From IMG/VR virus record IMGVR_UViG_3300035698_012707, positions 1-64,000 of that record: a stretch of 64,000 bases of DNA. One strand, written 5' to 3'. Position 1 is the stretch's first letter. Every line of letters starts with the position of its first letter. This DNA comes from a virus. The position numbers and the translations under genes were made by a program. The notes under the pieces are model-generated. The model ran no database searches, was not told the origin of the DNA, and was given only the letters and a program-made list of their open reading frames with translations. Positions 57,275-64,000 of the stretch are shown here, in pieces.

Positions 57275-58072
57275 TTATACATCCCACTCCTCGTCTGATA
57301 TTTCTGTTACTCTATTGTCTTGATAGTGAACTACTACGGTATCATCTGATAACTTTTTATCGTGCAGTGTATAGAAGTAATGGTACTTCTCAGGGATAAG
57401 ATCGTAGCTCAAATTGCCAGCATGAACTGCCATGCCAAGGCCTGTCTGTGTAAAGTTCTCTTTAAAAGGGCCACCCAAACCAATAATAGCAGAAGCACAC
57501 CCCTGGTACAGCTGAGGGAAGCCAATCCCTGTCTTGAACATAAATATTCCAGAACAAAAGTAAAAGTTTCCTAGCCCACCATCTATGTGACATGGTATTT
57601 TAATCTCGGGCTTAACGAGATGCAAGGTTTCGTATATCTGTTCCCAAAGTGCATCTTCATCTGGTCTTGACCACTTGTGTATTGCTTTCTGGTCGGGGGA
57701 AACAACTACGTCCTTATTAGTCTCAAGTATCTCACTCAAGTCACCCCTTACGTATAGATCTGAGTCCATCCACATAGCATACTCGGTATCAAACTGCATT
57801 CCACATGCTGTTACTTTATTATATACTGGGTGTTGGGTGAATAGGCAATGGCCTGCCTGTAGATCACACCCCATGTCAGTAAGTCTTAACATTGACTCTT
57901 TGCTAGGAGGCGCATCTTCTCCATACCACATCTTTATCTTGACATCTTTATATTTCCCACCGTTTTTTCTTATGGATCTAGCAAGTCTAATCGCATATGA
58001 TTCATAGTTCTTCGGATGAGGATAAACATTTCTTTCTGATTCGCATATTGAAAATATTGTATATTTATTCAT
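57275..58072 (-). CDS. GT-A glycosyltransferase (GT8-like)
   Basis: YNKVTA, MWMDSDLY DxD, FCSGIF and VVVHY motifs. Confidence 0.7.
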   Translation of the reverse strand: MNKYTIFSICESERNVYPHPKNYESYAIRLARSIRKNGGKYKDVKIKMWYGEDAPPSKESMLRLTDMGCDLQAGHCLFTQHPVYNKVTACGMQFDTEYAMWMDSDLYVRGDLSEILETNKDVVVSPDQKAIHKWSRPDEDALWEQIYETLHLVKPEIKIPCHIDGGLGNFYFCSGIFMFKTGIGFPQLYQGCASAIIGLGGPFKENFTQTGLGMAVHAGNLSYDLIPEKYHYFYTLHDKKLSDDTVVVHYQDNRVTEISDEEWDV

Positions 58073-58081
58073 TTGTCTCCA

Positions 58082-58735
58082 TTAGTAATCTAGATACGAG
58101 GTCTTATATCCTAGTCTTTGTTTCCAAAATTCAGTACAAGCATCATTATTTTTGTTTATTTCGTACCTTTCTATTGTTCTTTTGCTAGCACCCATCTGAT
58201 AGTTGTGATAGTCTATGCCTTCCATGGGTACCTTCCAATCCTCTTTCCCATAGTACATTTCTAGATATCTTTCTGTCTGAGCCGGAGCAAAGAATTTTCT
58301 ATCAGATAGCTTCTCTAATTTTATTTCTACAAACTCGTCAAGCATGCCAGAAGGCACACAAAATGGTAATCTTACTCCCCAACAAGTCCTAATGCCTCCG
58401 CTAGGAGCTGGAGCACTATGCCATTGTATAACGTCACAATGTAATTTTGATCCCGGAAGATCATCAATGCTAATGGTGTGGTATAATTTGGTATGACTAA
58501 TTCTCCATTGAATCCCATGTCTTAGTTCCTCAGATAGCGACACTATCTTGTCATAGTCCTCGCCGTATACGCCTATATCTATGTCGTGTTCATTCGAAAG
58601 ATCCCCGTCCCTATAGGCACATAAAAGAGTTCCAGCGTCTAACCAGTACTGTACGTTATGTTTTCTAAACACTTCGTCTATTCTTTCTAGAGCTCTTATA
58701 TAGTGTTCTTGTTCTTTTTGAATCATGGGAGACAT
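58082..58735 (-). CDS. LicD-family nucleotidyl/phosphotransferase
   Basis: YWLDAGTLLCAYRDG..HDIDIG; YLEMYYG.DWKVP. Confidence 0.85.
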   Translation of the reverse strand: MSPMIQKEQEHYIRALERIDEVFRKHNVQYWLDAGTLLCAYRDGDLSNEHDIDIGVYGEDYDKIVSLSEELRHGIQWRISHTKLYHTISIDDLPGSKLHCDVIQWHSAPAPSGGIRTCWGVRLPFCVPSGMLDEFVEIKLEKLSDRKFFAPAQTERYLEMYYGKEDWKVPMEGIDYHNYQMGASKRTIERYEINKNNDACTEFWKQRLGYKTSYLDY

Positions 58736-59752
58736 TTATTTTTTCCTCCTAGCTGTAAAGCTATAATTAGAGTTCTTAGTTAAAAATATATCATTGTCAT
58801 AGCATTCAAAGCCAAAGTCTTCAAAGAATTTTCTACTAAAATATATATGTTCAGGGAAAGGATTCATACCCAGCTTTCTTCGGTTGGCTTCGCGCTCTTG
58901 CTTCTTGCTCAGGTCTGGTATTTCCATTATTAATATGTTGTCAGACAGCTTAAGCATGTCTTCCACAACCACCCTGGCATGATCTATGCTCGGGAGGTAA
59001 TGAAGAACGCCCCAGCATATTGCTATATCAATGTTGCTGCACCTTATGTTTGGTCTATTGCTTACAAAGAATGTATGGTTAGGATTGTTTTTATAGGCTC
59101 TGTCTATCATCTCTCTGGAGACATCTATGCCTATCGATCCATCTTTAACATTAAGATTTTTTAGTATAACACCACTGCCGCATCCATAGTCAAGCACCTT
59201 GGAACTATGACATAGCCCAATCTGCCTGGCCATGTAGTCCGCCATAAGTTTAACGTCGTCCATGCTAGAGTAACCACAGATTTCATAGTCATTCTTTTCA
59301 CTATTACCAGCCACCCCATCCCAGATATTGTCCCATGATGCGTTCTTTATTGTGTCTTTTATGCTAGTAGATGACACCTCTTTGTCGTAGGGCACAAAGC
59401 GTATTGCAGCGTCCCCATAAGTATGTCTAACATAGTCATAGAGTTCTTTGAATCTTTCCCCATTCCTATGGTCCTCACACATAGCCAGAATACTAGCACC
59501 CGAACTTTTAAACTTCTCTAGATAATTAAACTGGTATAGTTCTGCTCTATCTACACACTTGAGGCTGGCAACTACATCTCTTCTTTGTTCCCCGCCTACA
59601 GAAGCTCCTATGTCTTTGCATTTTAATATAGACTCATCATCTTGCACTCCCACTACAAGAAGATCTCCAAAAGATCTGGCTTTCTCTAGGTAGTTTATGT
59701 GGCCCATATGTAATATATCCCAAGCTCCAAATGTATAAACTGTTTTAACCAT
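58736..59752 (-). CDS. Cytidylyltransferase fused to SAM methyltransferase
   Basis: GAWDILHMGH..LVVGV..VSSTSIK, then VLDYGCGSG. Confidence 0.85.
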   Translation of the reverse strand: MVKTVYTFGAWDILHMGHINYLEKARSFGDLLVVGVQDDESILKCKDIGASVGGEQRRDVVASLKCVDRAELYQFNYLEKFKSSGASILAMCEDHRNGERFKELYDYVRHTYGDAAIRFVPYDKEVSSTSIKDTIKNASWDNIWDGVAGNSEKNDYEICGYSSMDDVKLMADYMARQIGLCHSSKVLDYGCGSGVILKNLNVKDGSIGIDVSREMIDRAYKNNPNHTFFVSNRPNIRCSNIDIAICWGVLHYLPSIDHARVVVEDMLKLSDNILIMEIPDLSKKQEREANRRKLGMNPFPEHIYFSRKFFEDFGFECYDNDIFLTKNSNYSFTARRKK

Positions 59753-60293
59753 TATACCCCACAATCAGTCCAGTAGGAGTTTTATACGTTTTGTACTCCT
59801 TGAACGTGTCTTTTATTATTTGACTTATGCCCTGCCACTTGACGCTGTTAGGGCAGTCGTAGTCGTCTACGCATATGACATGCTTATCGCTCAGCATCGG
59901 TTTGATTGCTTCGTACTCAGCCATAGCATGATCTGCATCTTCAGAGCTATCTAACCACACGAAATTAACTTTAACCTTGTTAAGGATATATTTTTTGTGT
60001 GCACTAGCTAGCTTTTTTATGCTCTCTACACTGTCTCCCTCCATGCCAGTAAAGCGCCTGTCTAGGTCTCTTTCGTGCAGCTCTTCGAAGCACACTGTTA
60101 GATTGTCTCCATCGTTATCTAAACTATAGAGCTCCCCATCAGTAGGTTGCACAAGATGTTTCATAATGTTGAGGCTTGATATGTAAGGATCAAAACCTTC
60201 ACCCCACATAAACGAACACCCGGTTTCAATGGCTACAATAGGGTGATCTATCCTATCTTTCCACTCTGCAAATACTTCTTTAAGTTCTATCAT
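59745..60293 (-). CDS. Methyltransf_24-like protein
   Basis: AIETGC, GDSVE, WLDS and VICVDD motifs. Confidence 0.65.
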   Translation of the reverse strand: MIELKEVFAEWKDRIDHPIVAIETGCSFMWGEGFDPYISSLNIMKHLVQPTDGELYSLDNDGDNLTVCFEELHERDLDRRFTGMEGDSVESIKKLASAHKKYILNKVKVNFVWLDSSEDADHAMAEYEAIKPMLSDKHVICVDDYDCPNSVKWQGISQIIKDTFKEYKTYKTPTGLIVGYNG

Positions 60294-61141
60294 TCTATGT
60301 GTGTTCCTTTGAATTCTTCTGGTTCTTCTTCCGGATGGAAGATTCTAAAGTAAGTTTTGTATGCTTCCCTTACTTCGCTAGCGCCATCAAATCCTGTTAT
60401 ATCTTTAGCTTTATACATCCAATTCTTTATCTGTTGGCCTATCTCTCCGTCAAGTAGGATAGGTTCAAACTTGTGCCATGAAGGAAACTCTCCATATATG
60501 CCTGTAAGTATTGCCTTGTACTCGTTCCAATGTTCGTTCTTGTCTGCAAGATTTGGACCACCACCACCTATGTGAAAGTTTCTATAACCTCTATGCCAGC
60601 ACATGTTGTCTTGTTTTATATGATAGTAACGATAAGGGAGATTCTTGACTCTGTTCCCGCCATCTATTACAAGTGTCTCATGAGGGTTGCCAATGTAGTG
60701 TATGCCTTCGTTCCATTTGAAAAGAAGAGGCTTCCAGTATTTATCGTGAGCATGGTTAACGATCTTTTCTCCGCGCATGCTAATACTATTAGACTCAAAG
60801 GCCAACATGTTATAGGGTCCTGCATTATCTACTTCCTCTCTAATGTGTTCCAATGCTTCAGTAGAGAAGAGTTCGTCCGGATCTGACACAAGAACCCAAT
60901 CTGTACCCCCGTTATCTTCTCCAGCATGCTTAAGATAGTTGGTTCTTTGTGCTGAGAAATTATCTTTCCAAGGGTGTAGGTATAGCTCCACTCCTTCGTA
61001 ATTTCTTAATGTAAGAACAGTGTCATCTGTACTACCACCGTCTACCACGACAACCCTATCAACATAGGGCTTAACTCTTTCTATGGCCCTCATAGTATCG
61101 TATAGCCTATTCCACGTCATCATACAGTACGTTATTTTCAT
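60290..61141 (-). CDS. GT2 glycosyltransferase
   Basis: VVVDGGSTDDT, NFSAQR and WVLVSDPDE motifs. Confidence 0.88.
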   Translation of the reverse strand: MKITYCMMTWNRLYDTMRAIERVKPYVDRVVVVDGGSTDDTVLTLRNYEGVELYLHPWKDNFSAQRTNYLKHAGEDNGGTDWVLVSDPDELFSTEALEHIREEVDNAGPYNMLAFESNSISMRGEKIVNHAHDKYWKPLLFKWNEGIHYIGNPHETLVIDGGNRVKNLPYRYYHIKQDNMCWHRGYRNFHIGGGGPNLADKNEHWNEYKAILTGIYGEFPSWHKFEPILLDGEIGQQIKNWMYKAKDITGFDGASEVREAYKTYFRIFHPEEEPEEFKGTHIE

Positions 61142-61509
61142 ATCAAACTTTCCTTCTTAGTTATTGAATCAATAAATTTCTGAAAACGTATTGGATGTTC
61201 AGCGTTTTCAATGTCAGCATAATCCATAGTGAGATATCCACACCCTTTCCATACGCACTGATAGAATCCACTGCATGCGTACTCTATCCCAAACCTGTGA
61301 CACTTAGGGCATCTATCCATCGCTGGCTTCCTGTTTCTCTTCTAATTTACCTATGGCTTTTATTATTTCTTTACGATCATTAGCTTTTGTAGCTCTTGCA
61401 TTCTCCATTTCTTCAACGTGTTTTTTATAAGTAACTATTTGGGTATCATAGTATTTTATATTTTCGTCAATATTCACTATCATTTCATCTAAATAATTAG
61501 TTGCAATAC

Positions 61510-62496
61510 TCATTTCTTCTCCTCAAGGCTCTTAAAAAAATCAACATACCAATCAACAGTCTTCTTAAGTCCAGAAGATAGGTCATATTTTGGCTCCCAC
61601 CCTGTGCTCTCTTTCATGAGGGTGCTGTCTAGATACTGCTCTGGTATTTCTTTAAACGTAGATTCTCTTTCGTTTATTTCTATGTCGGGCTCCTTGCCCA
61701 TGCAAGCAAAAATGTTCTTAACAAAATCCTCAACACTTATATGCTCACGAGTTCCAACATTGTAGGCTCTTCCTTTTGTTATATCTATGTTCTCTGCAAG
61801 TTTTATATAGGCGTCTACAACATCATCTATATATATAAATTCTCTTACCATAGCTGCACTGTCATCCCATAACATAGCAGGCTTCCCATCTACTACTCTC
61901 CGTATAGTATTTGGTATAATTCTGCTGAGGTTAAGGTCTCCTGGTCCATATATATTACAACACCGAGTGACAGTAACAGGCATATCGTAGTTATAAGCAA
62001 AAGACCTAGCAACAATGTCTGCGCACGCTTTTGTAGCGTCATATGTTGCCAATCCATTTAATCTATCTCCTTCTTTATAGGGGAGCTTCTCTGGCACCCC
62101 ATAACATTTATCTGTACTAGCTACTACTACCGCTTTGACCGTCTTAGCATTTCTACAAGCCTCAAGTACATTCCACGTACCTTCGACGTTAGTTCGAAAT
62201 GCGACGATAGGATCGCGGCTACATATCCTAACTGTAGACATAGCAGCCAGATGAAAGCAAACATCCACTTCATATTTATTTACCGTCCTTCTTACGGCAT
62301 GGGCATCAGTTATATCTCCAAAGGTAACAGTCACCTTGTCTTCTATCGCCAGCTCTTTGATAGCATTAAAGGTACTTATATCCTTAAGCATTCCTATAAC
62401 ATTTGCTCCCATGCTCACTAGTTGTTTTGCTATATTGGAAGCTACAAATCCATTTATTCCTGTTATCAATACATTCTTGTCTTTCCAAAAACTCAT
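61510..62496 (-). CDS. NDP-sugar 4,6-dehydratase/epimerase (CDP-glucose 4,6-dehydratase-like)
   Basis: FWKDKNVLITGINGFVAS, ASTDKCYG, YDATK and NIYGPGD motifs. Confidence 0.9.
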   Translation of the reverse strand: MSFWKDKNVLITGINGFVASNIAKQLVSMGANVIGMLKDISTFNAIKELAIEDKVTVTFGDITDAHAVRRTVNKYEVDVCFHLAAMSTVRICSRDPIVAFRTNVEGTWNVLEACRNAKTVKAVVVASTDKCYGVPEKLPYKEGDRLNGLATYDATKACADIVARSFAYNYDMPVTVTRCCNIYGPGDLNLSRIIPNTIRRVVDGKPAMLWDDSAAMVREFIYIDDVVDAYIKLAENIDITKGRAYNVGTREHISVEDFVKNIFACMGKEPDIEINERESTFKEIPEQYLDSTLMKESTGWEPKYDLSSGLKKTVDWYVDFFKSLEEKK

Positions 62497-63083
62497 ATCT
62501 TCTCCCTTATTTCGTGTCGGCTAGAACCAACCCATTTTAATATGTACTTTGTGTCTTTCTCTGTCAGTAAATCCTTGTCCCACACAGTTGTAAAAATATG
62601 ATCTACATCTGAAGATTTTAAGTACTCAACACTCTTCTTAACGCTATCCAAGTCTATATCGTCACCCGCTATTTTCTTATATTTATTAGGGGGTGCCTTA
62701 ACGTCCATGTCAACATAGTCGACTAGATTATTATCTATAAGATACTTTAGCCTGTAGAAGTAGCTTCCATTAGTGTTCAGCTTTACAAGAAGCCCCCTGT
62801 TCTTTATCTTTTTCATAAATACAGCGAGGTCATTCCATGTTAGCGGTTCCCCTCCTGAAATAGTTACGCCAGTAATTTTATCCTTTAGCTTTGAAATCTT
62901 ATCCAACACATCCTCTTCTTGCAGTAGCTCTCTGTATTCTTTGTCTGTGTTCGTGAGGAATTTTTGTAGCTCTGGATTGTGACAATATGGACACCTAAAG
63001 TTACATCCCTGCGTAAAAACAATAGCTGATATCTGTCCAGGGTATTCATTTAATGAAATAGATTGGAAGCCAGCTATATGCAT
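62493..63083 (-). CDS. nrdG: Anaerobic RNR activating radical-SAM enzyme
   Basis: GCNFRCPYCHN and SGGEP motifs; real start MHIAGFQ at 63083. Confidence 0.9.
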   Translation of the reverse strand: MHIAGFQSISLNEYPGQISAIVFTQGCNFRCPYCHNPELQKFLTNTDKEYRELLQEEDVLDKISKLKDKITGVTISGGEPLTWNDLAVFMKKIKNRGLLVKLNTNGSYFYRLKYLIDNNLVDYVDMDVKAPPNKYKKIAGDDIDLDSVKKSVEYLKSSDVDHIFTTVWDKDLLTEKDTKYILKWVGSSRHEIREKI

Positions 63084-63084
63084 A

Positions 63085-63255
63085 TTACTTTTCCTTTTCT
63101 GAGTTAAATTTAAACGTTTTTCTGTTGTTAAACTCTTCAGTCTTGCCTTTGTTCCAGCTCTTAACAGCCCTGAGGTATCCACATACTCTTGAAAATACTT
63201 CACAGCTTTGTCTCTTTATACCGCCCCATGTTTCTGCGTTTTGATCTCTTGTCAT
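63085..63255 (-). CDS. nrdD: Stand-alone glycyl-radical domain of class III RNR (56 aa, not in track)
   Basis: Manual translation MTRDQNAETWGGIKRQSCEVFSRVCGYLRAVKSWNKGKTEEFNNRKTF...; GGAGG SD; ATGA overlap with the large NrdD stop. Confidence 0.85.
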   Translation of the reverse strand: MTRDQNAETWGGIKRQSCEVFSRVCGYLRAVKSWNKGKTEEFNNRKTFKFNSEKEK

Positions 63256-64000
63256 TTTGCCTCCTTAGTTGTCTCCAGTTCTTTGATTATTCCTTCATCA
63301 CACTTAGGACAAAACTTATGTTCACCAAACAAGTATCCATGCTTAGGACATATGCTAAACGTTGGAGTTATTGTAAAGTACGGCAAGTGATATTTTTCAC
63401 ATATGAGTCTTACAAGTTTCTTAAGTGCCGTAGTATCCTCTATCTTTTCACCTATAAATAGATGTATTACCGTACCACCTGTGTATTTAACCTGCAAACT
63501 ATCCTGTGAGTCCAGCACTTCGAATAGATCATCCGTGTGCCCCACTGGGAGCTGCGTAGAGTTAGTATAGAAGGGTTCTGCACCCTCCTTGTAAGCCTCT
63601 TCGTTCGCACAGATTATACTTTTGTCTGTCTTCTTATCTTTAATTGCTAATCTATATGCAGTTCCTTCTGCAGGAGTAGCTTCAAGATTATAGTTATTAC
63701 CTGTTTCTTTCTGGTATTTTACAAGCCTATCTCTCATATAGTCTAGTACCTTTGATGCAAACTTGTGTCCCCTCTTTGTAGAGATATCTTCTCCTAAGAG
63801 ATTAATACAAGCCTCATTCATACCTACGAGACCTATGGTTGAGAAGTGGTTAAACCAATATTTATGAAATCTTTTCTTTACGCTCCTTAGATAGAACTTA
63901 GCGTACGGATATAGGTCATTGTCAGCAAACTCTTCTAGCACTTTTCTTTTTATCTCCAGGCTTTCTTTTGCCTGGTCCATGAGCTTACCAAGGTTCTTCA
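63252..64000 (-). CDS. nrdD: Class III ribonucleotide reductase large chain, 3' part (runs off window)
   Basis: HFSTIGLVGMNE, NLEATPAEG, YTNST, YTGGT and TPTFSICPKHG..CPKC motifs. Confidence 0.92.
   Translation of the reverse strand, partial: KNLGKLMDQAKESLEIKRKVLEEFADNDLYPYAKFYLRSVKKRFHKYWFNHFSTIGLVGMNEACINLLGEDISTKRGHKFASKVLDYMRDRLVKYQKETGNNYNLEATPAEGTAYRLAIKDKKTDKSIICANEEAYKEGAEPFYTNSTQLPVGHTDDLFEVLDSQDSLQVKYTGGTVIHLFIGEKIEDTTALKKLVRLICEKYHLPYFTITPTFSICPKHGYLFGEHKFCPKCDEGIIKELETTKEAK

Noticed and set aside
23583-57300. Near-miss motifs (GroES WDEEGI, 44511 WDPEDI, 23583 WDNPQP, 48254 WEERE, 57275 EEWDV)
   Set aside because: They lack the Asn or the Asp, or are internal; not counted as tags.
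1-64000. CRISPR array, integrase/IS elements, reverse transcriptase/DGR, stop-codon reassignment
   Set aside because: No regularly spaced nucleotide repeats or such enzyme motifs were seen. TAA, TAG and TGA all terminate recognisable genes and no suppressor tRNA is present.

Overview
64 kb of an AT-rich, densely coded large (probably jumbo-type) dsDNA phage genome using the standard genetic code. No virion structural genes were recognised. From 1 to ~51.6 kb everything is on the + strand: more than 100 short accessory ORFs; DNA-metabolism genes (three SSBs, UDG, RecA, ThyX, resolvases, HNH nucleases); GroES, a tubulin/FtsZ homologue and NusG; a cluster of 8 tRNAs; and several unexplained structured RNAs. 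From 64 kb back to 51.9 kb the - strand carries class III RNR (split NrdD plus NrdG), a glycosyl-/methyl-/nucleotidyl-transferase locus, a sigma-like factor and Csp. Two features stand out. (1) At least 34 mostly unrelated small proteins carry a terminal peptide motif [DEG]-W-D-x-x-x-N: 26 at the C-terminus (mostly WDxExN) and 8 at the N-terminus (mostly WDxxDN). It is absent from the recognisable housekeeping enzymes and from the - strand arm. (2) A phage-encoded ubiquitin-like conjugation locus is present (Ubl-fold protein, E1/ThiF, head-to-tail di-Ubl precursor ending GG-K, E2-like protein, JAB/JAMM protease). Its E1 gene has been invaded by an HNH cassette that supplied a replacement 3' end. 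All functional calls come from motif reading by eye; no database searches were run.
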